This document shows positions 17,749 to 27,703 of a stretch of 32,000 nt of DNA, one piece after another (the first letter of the stretch is position 1; every line of letters begins with the position of its first letter). The DNA is taken from the NCBI GenBank assembly GCA_003144275.1, contig NJBF01000005.1, positions 92,319 through 124,318 on the forward strand. The letters are read 5' to 3'. The stretch is from Candidatus Heimdallarchaeota archaeon B3_Heim. GTDB taxonomy: Archaea > Asgardarchaeota > Heimdallarchaeia > Hodarchaeales > Hodarchaeaceae. The notes under the pieces were generated by a model. The model saw only the letters and a program-made list of their open reading frames with translations. It was not told the DNA's origin and searched no databases. A program made the translations under genes and the position numbers.

Positions 17749-18645
17749 ATGAGTATAATTGTTGAATATCTTTTACAAGCTTTATTTTGGGGCGTTATTT
17801 TCAATTTTCCCTTATTATTCATAATTATCAAAATAAAATTACTCACCATGCCAGGAGGTATTCTAACAGGGGCAACTATTGCTATTATGACTTATATTAT
17901 TTCACCATTTCTTTGGTGCGCTTTATTAGCGTTTTTTCTAACATCCTCACTAATTTCAAAACAGAGCACACCTCAGAAACAGATGATTATAGCTGAATTT
18001 TCAAAAGATTCCACACGTGATGCCATTCAAGTGCTATCAAATAGCCTTCCAGCTTTATTTTTCGGAATCATATTTTTATCGATTGATTTCTTTCCATTCA
18101 TTGAAAATTCTGGTAATTTTTCCTTTTTATCTGTTTCTCCATTGATATATGCAGCATTTGCGTCACTGGCAACGCATAATTCCGATACATGGATGACTGA
18201 AATAGGAATCAGCACATCAAGTATACCCAGGCTTATAACTAATCTTAAGAAAGAAGTACCAAAAGGTACAAGTGGAGGAGTGACACTTAAAGGCACAAGT
18301 GCCGGAATAGTAGGTTCTATGATTATATCATTTATATACTTATTACAATTATTACTTCATTCTGATATATCACTTATTCATATGATAGTTCAGTTCATTT
18401 TCTTAACTTTCGCAGGTACATTAGGTGGTCTTATTGACTCTTTTGAAGGGGCCACGATCCAAGGATTATATTATTGTGAACACTGTCAGAAAGTAACTGA
18501 AAGGCAAATTCATAGATGTGGAAATAAAACAAATTTTTTCAAGGGATATCGTTTAGTGACAAATGACCTTGTGAATATCAGTTCTGCACTATTCAGCGGA
18601 ATTATCGCTCTAATTGGATTCTCAATAATTGAGGGAATTTTCTAG
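17749..18645 (+). CDS. DUF92 / TMEM19 family membrane protein
   Basis: RDAIQVLSN, SDTWMTEIG, PRLIT...GTSGGVT..G, DSFEGATIQ, CEHC..HRCG, NDLVN. Confidence 0.92.
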   Translation: MSIIVEYLLQALFWGVIFNFPLLFIIIKIKLLTMPGGILTGATIAIMTYIISPFLWCALLAFFLTSSLISKQSTPQKQMIIAEFSKDSTRDAIQVLSNSLPALFFGIIFLSIDFFPFIENSGNFSFLSVSPLIYAAFASLATHNSDTWMTEIGISTSSIPRLITNLKKEVPKGTSGGVTLKGTSAGIVGSMIISFIYLLQLLLHSDISLIHMIVQFIFLTFAGTLGGLIDSFEGATIQGLYYCEHCQKVTERQIHRCGNKTNFFKGYRLVTNDLVNISSALFSGIIALIGFSIIEGIF

Positions 18646-18698
18646 AAAATCTAGACTTGTTCAATATCCTACAATCACGCTTCTCATCTAAAGTCCAG

Positions 18699-19811
18699 TT
18701 AGCTATAGATCTGAAAAGGACGCCTCTCGAGTATGTATTTCGCAGCCTCAATACTTGTTTGGACCAAAGGACTCACGGAATCAGGAGGGGAGTACCCGGC
18801 CAATCGAGTCTTGAACAGGCTGTCAATTAGTATCCCTAATGCAATGTGAAAATCAAATGTTGTACCTTCTGGATAATAATCGGGAAAATACACTCCATTA
18901 TAAGAACATGTATAATCATAGCCTTTACAAAACAATTCGATATCTGATACTGTTTTATCAAAATTTTGGGTAAGAGAAAAGTCGTTATAGGCGAATTTTG
19001 AAAAAAACGTTCCTACGTCCTCTGCACGATCAACAAAACTGTCTCTTTCTATAAAAGCAGGATCAATAAGGTATATGATTGTTTTATCTATTCGGATATC
19101 GCCTGTATTTGCATGAGATGTATCTGATTCATAGAACATTAAATTACCAGGGTGAAAATCACCAAAACAATGGGCTCCTGCTAAGCTTAGACCCATTTGC
19201 TTTAAAGGATGTTTAAATAGATAATTTAGCTCATCTCGATCATTTGGAGATATATTTAATCCATTTAAGGTTTCTGTTATCAGATGTAGGTAACGATCGA
19301 CGACAATTTTTTGCTCGAAAAGACCATGAATATAGGGGAGCGCACTCCCTGCAAGAAAAAGCTTTTGAGGTAGGTCTAATTCATTCTCAAAGAACTCAGT
19401 GGGGTTTGATAGTCCTTCATAGATTAATAAGGAATGTTCTTTAGAAAAATACAATAATTGCGCAGTTTTAAGTCTATTATTAGTTTTTAAAAGATCTTCT
19501 AGCCAAGCTGCTCCATTAGCTTCCTCGATCGCTGCATCTGAGTTTTCGTGAAATTTAAAAGCCAGATCGACTTTAAATTCTCTATTATGAAGCGCATCAC
19601 AGACAGATACTGTCATTAATTGTAATTCTTTCCTCTTACCTAATCTTCTACCTAATTCTAAGTTTGACAGACGATCAACAGGAAAGAATGCGCCTGTTTT
19701 ATCCCTCAGAAGATTCTCAAGTTGTCTTAAAAAATATTTGGATAATACACGAAGCAACTCAAGCTTAAGCTGTTCTTCAGCGAGTATGTCAGTAGCCATT
19801 CGTTGAAACAC
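18699..19811 (-). CDS. Kinase-like fold phosphotransferase (APH/choline kinase/maltokinase-like)
   Basis: AFK Lys, EE helix, CFGDFHPGN catalytic loop, LIDPAF Mg-binding Asp, EDVG helix. Confidence 0.7.
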   Translation of the reverse strand: MFQRMATDILAEEQLKLELLRVLSKYFLRQLENLLRDKTGAFFPVDRLSNLELGRRLGKRKELQLMTVSVCDALHNREFKVDLAFKFHENSDAAIEEANGAAWLEDLLKTNNRLKTAQLLYFSKEHSLLIYEGLSNPTEFFENELDLPQKLFLAGSALPYIHGLFEQKIVVDRYLHLITETLNGLNISPNDRDELNYLFKHPLKQMGLSLAGAHCFGDFHPGNLMFYESDTSHANTGDIRIDKTIIYLIDPAFIERDSFVDRAEDVGTFFSKFAYNDFSLTQNFDKTVSDIELFCKGYDYTCSYNGVYFPDYYPEGTTFDFHIALGILIDSLFKTRLAGYSPPDSVSPLVQTSIEAAKYILERRPFQIYS

Positions 19812-20217
19812 CCGAGAAAAAAATATTGACTAGCAAATCTATTTAGAAATACTAGGAATTCAACTCTGAAATAACATAAAGAGGGAATATCAGTTACGAA
19901 ACTTTGTTCATTTTCTATTGAGTGCCTAAGAATTAAAAAATTAAACTTTAAAAGGAGTTCCCTTATTTGATTAAATGTGGTGAATTATTGTGGTAAATAG
20001 CTGGGATCGTTTTGTTACTCCTTCTACATCAATCCGCTAAAAGGAAACCACAGTTTATTCTCATACAACATAATTTATTAGACTTATTTGGTAATAAGCC
20101 TGTATTGTCTAAGTACGATTTTTATTATTTCGATTTTTCTGGCATTCATTACTTTGTTAGACAAAATAATTCAAAAGAACAGGCCCCAAGCCAAATATAT
20201 GATCTGAGGAGAAAACC

Positions 20218-22797
20218 ATGGCACTAAAACCAAAAATCACGATGAAACGGTGGAAAGCAAGTAATGAAAGAGAGATTATCCAATATTGGTCTGAATCTGA
20301 AACATTTAAATTTATTGAGGACTCCAAAAAGCCTGTTTACATTATTGATACTCCTCCTCCTTATGTGTCGGGTCGTGCACATCTAGGATTCGCTATTCAT
20401 TATGCTCAAATTGACATGATCGCACGTTATTATCGAATGCAAGGAAAGAATGTTATATTTCCAGCCTGTGCTGATAGGAATGGGTTACCTGTAGAAGTTA
20501 AAGTAGAACAAAAGCTCAATAAATCAATGCATGAAATGGATAGAGAAGAATTTCTACAGATTTGCAAACGAGAACTAGACATAGCAGAAGAAAACACCAT
20601 TCAAGTTATGAAATGGATGGGACTCTCCTGTAATTCATTTTATGGTTCACCAGAGATATATTATCAGACAGACTCCCCTCAGTATCGACTTAATACGCAA
20701 CGCACATTCCTTAGAGCTTGGCATACTGGACTGATCACACATGCAACAAGACCGAATAACTGGTGCATTGATTGTGGGACAACTATAGCTGATGCGGAAA
20801 TTGAATACACAGAAAATGAATCATTCTTACATGAAATAATTTTCAATGTTGAAAATTCTGATGAAACTATAACAATTTCCACAACAAGACCAGAGTTAAT
20901 ACCTACATGTGAGTTAATAATCTATCATCCAACTGATTCAAGATACACAGATTTAGAGGGGAAATACGCCCTTACTCCCTTATTCAAGAAAAAAATTCCC
21001 ATTCGGAAACATAGGGAAGCAGATCCTGAATTTGGAACAGGAATCATGATGATTTGTGCCTTTGGGGATAAATCTGATGTAAAAATACTTCGGGAAGAAA
21101 GGATCACCAATCCAAAGACAGTTATAGATGCAGATGGACGAATAAACGAGGTAGGAGAAAAATATAGCGGGATGTTAGTGAAAGAGGCACAAGCTGCAAT
21201 CATCGAAGATTTAAAGAAGAATGGATCCCTCATACAATCCACTAAGACACTAAGAAGGGTACCAGTCTGTTGGAGATCCAAAACGCCTATCGAAATTATT
21301 GCTATGGAAGAGTATTATATTAAACAACTTGAAGTCATTCCTGAGATAAAAAAAATTGTAGAAAAAATGGATTTCTTCCCCAAATCAAACAAAATCATAT
21401 TAGATAATTGGATTAGCACAATCAATACTGATTGGGCTATTAGTCGAAGACGATTTTATGGGACTTCAATTCCGATTTGGTACTGCTCAAAGTGTCAAAC
21501 CCCGAATGTACCGAAAGAGGAAGAACTAGATCGATATTATGATGCATGGAAAGAACAATCACCAATGATCAAATGCATAAAGTGTGGAAAATCTCTGAAG
21601 GATGCTCAGGGAGAAGTAAGAACGTTTGATACTTGGTTTGATTCTTCTATTTCTGAATTAGCAGCATGTAACTTTGGAGAAATATTTTTTCAGGATAAGG
21701 AACAACAATTTTTTGAAAAAAACTTCCCCTGTTCTGTTCGTCCCCAAGGGAAAGAAATTGTAAGAACATGGTTGTTTTATACCATACTTAGATCATTTCA
21801 TCTGTTCAAGAAACCTCCATTTAGACAAGTATGGATTTCAGGCTTAGTACGAGATCCGTATGGTGGAAAAATGTCAAAAAGTGAGGGAAATAGTGTTGAT
21901 CCTTTATTATTCCTCCAACCTCAAGTTATACCTAAAAATACTCCAAAAACTCTCCGCCCAGACAAAGATAGTTGGAAAGTAATTGCAAAATTAGAATCTT
22001 CTCCAAAATTTTCTGGAAAACAAACACCCAATCTGTATTATGGAGCGGATAGTGTAAGACTCACCTCATGTCTCCAAGGAAGTCATGGCTCAGATATTCG
22101 ATTTTCTTTATCGAAACTAGATGGAAATGCTAAATTTATAACAAAATTATGGAATATTTCAAGGTTCATTTCAATTTTCCCAAATGAAGATCGTCCTAAA
22201 AAACTAGAAGCTGTGGATCAATGGCTTCTAGCCAGTTTAGACGCTCTCACTAGTAGATGCTTGAACGGGTATGCCAAGCTTGATTTCTCAGTTCCAGCAG
22301 AAAATCTCTATAATTGGGTCTGGAATCTATTCGCAGCACACTATATTGAACTTGTCAAATCTCGTGCCTATGGAGAAGAAAACATGTCAAAAATTTCAAT
22401 ACAAAGTGCACGTTATAGTTTACACACCTCTCTTCAGGCAATCTTGAAACTGCTAGCTCCTATTGTACCTTTTGTGACAGAAAAGATTTTTCAATCATTA
22501 TATGATCCTGAAATTAGTATTCATCTTGAAAATTTGCCTCAACCAGACAATCCTAGTACAGAAGAGCAATCAATAACTGAAGATCTTCTTACACTCGATT
22601 CTGCTATTTGGAAAGCAAAAAAAGACAAAGCTCTATCCTTAAAAGAGCCTGTTAGTCTTGTTTTCATACCAAAATCTTTAGAAAATTTCACTAATGATCT
22701 AAAAATCATGCACAATATCGTAACGATCAAAATGGGTGAACCAGATAATTCTATTGAAGGCTTAATTACCAAAAAAAACTGTTCGCTTAAGCTCTAA
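20218..22797 (+). CDS. valS: Valine--tRNA ligase (archaeal type)
   Basis: IDTPPPYVSGRAHLGF (HIGH), GTGIMMIC editing domain, DWAISRRRFYG, FDTWFDSS, RPQGKEIVRTW, KMSKS; no C-terminal coiled coil. Confidence 0.96.
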   Translation: MALKPKITMKRWKASNEREIIQYWSESETFKFIEDSKKPVYIIDTPPPYVSGRAHLGFAIHYAQIDMIARYYRMQGKNVIFPACADRNGLPVEVKVEQKLNKSMHEMDREEFLQICKRELDIAEENTIQVMKWMGLSCNSFYGSPEIYYQTDSPQYRLNTQRTFLRAWHTGLITHATRPNNWCIDCGTTIADAEIEYTENESFLHEIIFNVENSDETITISTTRPELIPTCELIIYHPTDSRYTDLEGKYALTPLFKKKIPIRKHREADPEFGTGIMMICAFGDKSDVKILREERITNPKTVIDADGRINEVGEKYSGMLVKEAQAAIIEDLKKNGSLIQSTKTLRRVPVCWRSKTPIEIIAMEEYYIKQLEVIPEIKKIVEKMDFFPKSNKIILDNWISTINTDWAISRRRFYGTSIPIWYCSKCQTPNVPKEEELDRYYDAWKEQSPMIKCIKCGKSLKDAQGEVRTFDTWFDSSISELAACNFGEIFFQDKEQQFFEKNFPCSVRPQGKEIVRTWLFYTILRSFHLFKKPPFRQVWISGLVRDPYGGKMSKSEGNSVDPLLFLQPQVIPKNTPKTLRPDKDSWKVIAKLESSPKFSGKQTPNLYYGADSVRLTSCLQGSHGSDIRFSLSKLDGNAKFITKLWNISRFISIFPNEDRPKKLEAVDQWLLASLDALTSRCLNGYAKLDFSVPAENLYNWVWNLFAAHYIELVKSRAYGEENMSKISIQSARYSLHTSLQAILKLLAPIVPFVTEKIFQSLYDPEISIHLENLPQPDNPSTEEQSITEDLLTLDSAIWKAKKDKALSLKEPVSLVFIPKSLENFTNDLKIMHNIVTIKMGEPDNSIEGLITKKNCSLKL

Positions 22798-22816
22798 GCA
22801 GGTAGGAAAGACCAAT

Positions 22817-23170
22817 ATGGGAAAAAAAAAGGAACCTGATCTATCCAAAATGAGTCAACTATTGCTATCAGGTGCAACTATGCTAGGGGAATCTTGTCCT
22901 GATTGTGCAGTTCCTCTCTTTAAAAAGAATGAAAACATTTTCTGTCCTAATTGCGAACGAAAAGCTGTTTATATTAAAAACAAGGATGAAATCAAAAAAA
23001 TAGAGCAAACAATATCTCTGGGTGACGCAACTAATCAACTTAGAGATGTATTAATAGGAAAAATTACCCTCCTAACCAACCAACTAGCTTCAGAGGATAC
23101 TCCCAACGAAATAACCAATACTTTAGAGATTATAGAAAAAATACTCAATATAATCCAGAAAATCTCATAA
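22817..23170 (+). CDS. UPF0148 / SSSCA1 (Auto_anti-p27) zinc-ribbon protein
   Basis: LLLSGATMLGESCPDCAVPLF...IFCPNC. Confidence 0.88.
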   Translation: MGKKKEPDLSKMSQLLLSGATMLGESCPDCAVPLFKKNENIFCPNCERKAVYIKNKDEIKKIEQTISLGDATNQLRDVLIGKITLLTNQLASEDTPNEITNTLEIIEKILNIIQKIS

Positions 23171-23226
23171 GTTACAATTAAGCCGAAATCAAGAGAAAAT
23201 CAGTTAAATTTAAACAGTTGTACACC

Positions 23227-23577
23227 TTATCGTGATTGTAGCACCTGGAAGAAGTGGATGATCTCTTCTTGGATCTCATTTCTTAATCTTATTACATCAT
23301 TAACTTCAATTGGTTCAGAGTGTTTGATTGTAACGTTCAATTGTACAACATTACCTATTGCCTGGACATTCTCAGCCTTTACCGTGAATTCTGTATCTAA
23401 ACCCTTTATAATCAAGGAAATCGAAGGTGACGGTATCTGAATTCTAACATTTCGAATTACTCCAACCATCCGTGCATCACTATCAATAACGGCTTTCCCA
23501 ATGAGTTGACCGGGAAAAACTAATTCGTATAGTTCCAAATCTATATCTAATGGTTGTTTTGTCATTATCCATACCAT
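23227..23577 (-). CDS. PRC-barrel domain protein
   Basis: LIGKAVIDSDARMVGVIRNV...VKAENVQAIGNVVQL pattern. Confidence 0.8.
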   Translation of the reverse strand: MVWIMTKQPLDIDLELYELVFPGQLIGKAVIDSDARMVGVIRNVRIQIPSPSISLIIKGLDTEFTVKAENVQAIGNVVQLNVTIKHSEPIEVNDVIRLRNEIQEEIIHFFQVLQSR

Positions 23578-23775
23578 TTACAATGTGTATATTGTTTTCA
23601 AACATTTCTGAGTAGGTCTTCCAGTCCAAGAATCATGTTAAAAAATTGTGTCATTAAATTATTAAAATATTGCAAAAGGGGGCCGAATGTAAAATAATCA
23701 ACCCATCCTCAACTAAAAAAGGGTATTTCTGTTCCTTACGGTAAAACTGAATTTCTACATCCATGGTGAAAACAA

Positions 23776-25950
23776 ATGTCCCCCATCATCCTAGACCGAC
23801 TAATGAATGATCTTCGAGAGCGATATAGTGCAGCAACAACGACGATAAGTAGAGAAATGGTGTTCTGCTATACAGCATTGATATTTATCTTTGTTTTAGC
23901 TTTTATAGTTCGAATTTTAGCAATGCTAAGACCCTATGAAATTATACTAGCAGCAAACGATCCTTTTTCTCAACTTAGAGCAGCGCAATATATCGAAACA
24001 AATGGACTAGCAGCATTTTTTAGTTGGGTTGACCCTCAAACATGGTATCCAGAAGGTCGTTATTGGGGACAATCACAATATATCGGAACACCCCTTTCAG
24101 CAGTAATCTTACATCAGCTAGTTCTGTTGCTTGGAATTCCGGCTTCATTAGAATTTGTAGCATATTTGCAGCCTCCATTATTTGGAGCACTTACCTGTGT
24201 GGCAATATACTTCCTGGGAAAAGAAATTGCAAACAAGAAAGTTGGCTTATTAGCAGCTTTATTTCTCTCAGTCTCTGCAGGCCATCTACAACGTACTATT
24301 GCAGGCTTTTTTGATAATGAAGCTTTTGGTATTTTACTCTTAGTCTTAATCTTATACTTTTATGCCCGAGCTTTAAGAACAGGATCTGCATCCATGACTG
24401 TGTTTGCAGGTATTAGTTTAGGAATCTTATCCGGCTCTTGGGGAGCCTCCACATATATATTCAGTCTATTAGCCCTTCATGCATTTGTTTTAATATTAAT
24501 GAGAAAAGATTCAGATCGACTATTGCTAGCGTACGGTGGCTCAATTACGATTGGCTCTTTTATCATGACCCTTATACCCAGAAACGGACCTGGATCGATT
24601 TTATCGACTGATGGATTGGTTCCACTTGGAGTTGTCGCTTTACTAATCTTAGTAACACTCTATAGAAATATAACAGCAATATATGATCTTACTGATGTTA
24701 AAGTACGAATAAGACCGTATTTTCCAATTATTGGATTGGGAATTGTTATAGGTATAGCGGTACTTCTCCTTTCAGGAGTTGTGACCAATATATCATCAAA
24801 ATTTATTACAGTCCTCTTCCCCTTCTTTAGAGATGAAACACCAATTCTTAAATCAGTTAGTGAACATCAATTGGTTTCTTGGGCAGGTTTCTTCCGAAAC
24901 AATGGTATCCTATTATTCTTGCTACCATTGGCTATGTATTACTTGTATGAGAAACCAACGGAGAGAAATTTGTTACTGCTAATCTTTGGATTTACTGCAA
25001 TATATTTCGCTGGCTCTATGGTACGATTGGCACTGATTTTGGCACCCGCAGCCGCATTACTAGCCGCAAAGGCCATTGATCAAACTCTATTACCTTTTGT
25101 GTTAACATTCCAAGAGCGTTTTGCGTTAAGTCGAAGGAAAACACGACTCGTCCAACCCATGTCTAATGAACACACAGCGATCGCGTTTTCATTCATTGGT
25201 CTCTTCTTATTATTTTCAGTCCTTAACGCGACACAAGCAGCAATTGATTCGACTCAAGCTCCTTCCATACTTACAATTGTTCCTGGTAGTGGAGGTCAAT
25301 CGTTAATCATCGGTAATGATTGGCAAGAAGCCATTGGATGGTTAGATTACCATACAACAGTAAATGATGTCACCGCTTCATGGTGGGACTATGGTTATTG
25401 GATAAGTGGAAATTCAAATGCCACAATCTTGGTGGACAATGCTACAATCAACAGCACCAAAATAGGAAATGTTGGGTGCATGTTGGTTCTCAACCCGCGG
25501 CAATCATTGAAGATAGCTAAATTATACGATGTGACATATATTGCCCTTCTTGTATCCGATGGGTATGGAACTTACGGATTGGATTCTGATCTTGGAAAAG
25601 TTCCATGGTTCGTCCGTATCGGAGAACAAAGTGGAAATATCTTCCAGATCGATCAAGATGATTATTTAGAATTTGATTCAAGAGGCCAATATATCACTGG
25701 ATATGTCGATAAGTTCTATGATTCTGTCTTTTGGGCTCTCTTCACAGCTGGAGTTTCAGAGGAAGCTTATAGTAGTCGAATTACTCAATATAGTCCAATT
25801 ATAGACAACGCTCCTGCAGCTCGAGGTTTTTCACCTGAATATGCAGAGTATGCAAACTATTACGAACTTGCATACAAAACAGCTCATGATTGGATCTATA
25901 TCTATAAGATTTTGTGGGATGTCATACCCCCAGGTGCTATAGCACCCTAG
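23776..25950 (+). CDS. aglB: Oligosaccharyltransferase AglB/STT3
   Basis: NDP, WYPEGR, GFFDNE, SVSEHQ, WWDYGYWI, VDNAT, DLGKVPWFVRI; multiple TMs. Confidence 0.97.
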   Translation: MSPIILDRLMNDLRERYSAATTTISREMVFCYTALIFIFVLAFIVRILAMLRPYEIILAANDPFSQLRAAQYIETNGLAAFFSWVDPQTWYPEGRYWGQSQYIGTPLSAVILHQLVLLLGIPASLEFVAYLQPPLFGALTCVAIYFLGKEIANKKVGLLAALFLSVSAGHLQRTIAGFFDNEAFGILLLVLILYFYARALRTGSASMTVFAGISLGILSGSWGASTYIFSLLALHAFVLILMRKDSDRLLLAYGGSITIGSFIMTLIPRNGPGSILSTDGLVPLGVVALLILVTLYRNITAIYDLTDVKVRIRPYFPIIGLGIVIGIAVLLLSGVVTNISSKFITVLFPFFRDETPILKSVSEHQLVSWAGFFRNNGILLFLLPLAMYYLYEKPTERNLLLLIFGFTAIYFAGSMVRLALILAPAAALLAAKAIDQTLLPFVLTFQERFALSRRKTRLVQPMSNEHTAIAFSFIGLFLLFSVLNATQAAIDSTQAPSILTIVPGSGGQSLIIGNDWQEAIGWLDYHTTVNDVTASWWDYGYWISGNSNATILVDNATINSTKIGNVGCMLVLNPRQSLKIAKLYDVTYIALLVSDGYGTYGLDSDLGKVPWFVRIGEQSGNIFQIDQDDYLEFDSRGQYITGYVDKFYDSVFWALFTAGVSEEAYSSRITQYSPIIDNAPAARGFSPEYAEYANYYELAYKTAHDWIYIYKILWDVIPPGAIAP

Positions 25951-25999
25951 AATGCGTATATACTCATGGAGAACCACGTGTTCTCCCATAGCTCTTTTT
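25933..25999 (+). terminator. Possible terminator: two tandem hairpins plus T tract at the aglB end
   Basis: Perfect palindrome GGTGCTATAGCACC (25933-25946) and GGAGAAC-CACGT-GTTCTCC stem followed by CTTTTT. Confidence 0.3.
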
Positions 26000-26149
26000 C
26001 CTCCTCATATTCTCGAACTCCTCAGTAGCAAAATGAATTATAAAGTAGGATTTCGAGGAACTAACTTCATGATTGCTAGGTTAATTATAGACTACCTAGT
26101 CCCAAGCAATTTTGTTTAACAATACTGGATAATAAGGAGCACTAATATC

Positions 26150-27703
26150 TTGGAAAGGGATGAAATAATAAGGATTTTTCTTCAATTCAATTATAATATT
26201 GGTGCGGAAACTTTAGAATATATTAAAAACCAGAATATTTCAGAGAAGGAATTAAAAGCCTTATTGAAAAGTCAAACTCTGATAGAACCAGTGATTTCAG
26301 TAAACATCTTAAAAGAGGGAATTAGAGGAAAATCAGCAAAGAAATTAGGAACCCCTTCTGCTTCTGAGGTTGAAAACAGGGTTCACATCAGAGAAAAATC
26401 CCCACTGCAGGAAACAGTGCGAAAGCCTGTAGAAAAACTACAATATTCTATAGATTTAGACATTCCCTATAAGCTATCACAGGAACCTAAAATCACAGTT
26501 TTTCGGAACCTATTTCTTGACCGATATCAATCACTATCAAGAATATTACTTGAAAATTTAGAACCAGAAACCACAGTCTTGAAGTACAACTTACAGCTTG
26601 AGGAAATTCCTCACCAGAGGGCTGGTATCCTTATTGGGATGATTCATGATACGCAAGTTTTACATACAAACCGCTTTGTAATACAACTAGAAGATCATCT
26701 AAGTGGCCATCTAACAAAATGCGTCATTGTAAAAGAAAGTCCATCATTTCCCGAATATAGGAGGATCCTAAGGGACTCAGTAATAGGAGTATCCGGAGTA
26801 TTACCAAAAAATTTTCATGAGGGACACCTGACTGCATTTTGGGGAAAAGATATCATTCGACCCTCCTTTAGAGCACATCACTTCGCAATTTCAGAACCCT
26901 CAACCAAAGTATTATGTCTTTCGGATATACACATTGGTTCTAAAAGATTTTCAAACCGTTTATTCTCCCGTCTTGTCGCATATTTAAATGAAAAAGTTAA
27001 TATACCAGATTTCCCATTTTCTGCTGAGAAGATTTCCTCTATTATCATTGCTGGAGATTTAGTGGAGGGAACAGGGGTTGTAACAAAGGAAGACAGTAAA
27101 CTTAGTATCGACTCCTTTGAAGTACAATATGAACAACTCACCAAGTTACTGAATGAAATTCCAGAGCGCATTACAATATTCACAATTCCTGGAGAACATG
27201 ATGCGTCTCAATTGGCTATCCCCCAACCGGCAATTGACAAGAAGATTGGAAAATCTCTATATTCGCTTCCAAATGTAAAAAACCACGGAAATCCTCTTCG
27301 TCTAACAATCAACGGGATGAAATTCTTGATTTTCCATGCACAAAGTTGTGAAAATAGCTTTCATCGACTATTGAAAATTGAACAGACTTCCCTGATAAAT
27401 GGCTTCAAAGAATTACTGGAATATCGTCATTTATCACCAGAATATGGATCATTTGCTGCATACGCACCTTATTCAAAAGATTATCTTGTGATTAATGAAA
27501 TGCCAGATGTATTAGTGACGGGGCATTTTCATCAAGCTGGAAAGGAGATATACAAAGGTGTACGTATAGCTACATGCGGAACATTCAAGAATCCTCACAA
27601 AACAACAGAAAAAACATATGCATTAACTTCTGTTGGTGTGTTTCCAGTTATAGATACGGGAACGGGGGAAATAACAATGATAGATCTGAAACAAATTCCT
27701 TAA
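26150..27703 (+). CDS. polD1: DNA polymerase D small subunit DP1, divergent
   Basis: N-terminal helical domain, OB fold (IGMIHD..LED), phosphoesterase motifs SDIHIGS, GDLVEG, PGEHD, FH, RHLSPEYG, GHFH; TTG start. Confidence 0.85.
   Translation: MERDEIIRIFLQFNYNIGAETLEYIKNQNISEKELKALLKSQTLIEPVISVNILKEGIRGKSAKKLGTPSASEVENRVHIREKSPLQETVRKPVEKLQYSIDLDIPYKLSQEPKITVFRNLFLDRYQSLSRILLENLEPETTVLKYNLQLEEIPHQRAGILIGMIHDTQVLHTNRFVIQLEDHLSGHLTKCVIVKESPSFPEYRRILRDSVIGVSGVLPKNFHEGHLTAFWGKDIIRPSFRAHHFAISEPSTKVLCLSDIHIGSKRFSNRLFSRLVAYLNEKVNIPDFPFSAEKISSIIIAGDLVEGTGVVTKEDSKLSIDSFEVQYEQLTKLLNEIPERITIFTIPGEHDASQLAIPQPAIDKKIGKSLYSLPNVKNHGNPLRLTINGMKFLIFHAQSCENSFHRLLKIEQTSLINGFKELLEYRHLSPEYGSFAAYAPYSKDYLVINEMPDVLVTGHFHQAGKEIYKGVRIATCGTFKNPHKTTEKTYALTSVGVFPVIDTGTGEITMIDLKQIP

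Noticed and set aside
20012-20227. 71-aa TTG-start ORF before valS
   Set aside because: No motifs, low-complexity AT-rich composition, overlaps the valS SD; probably spurious.
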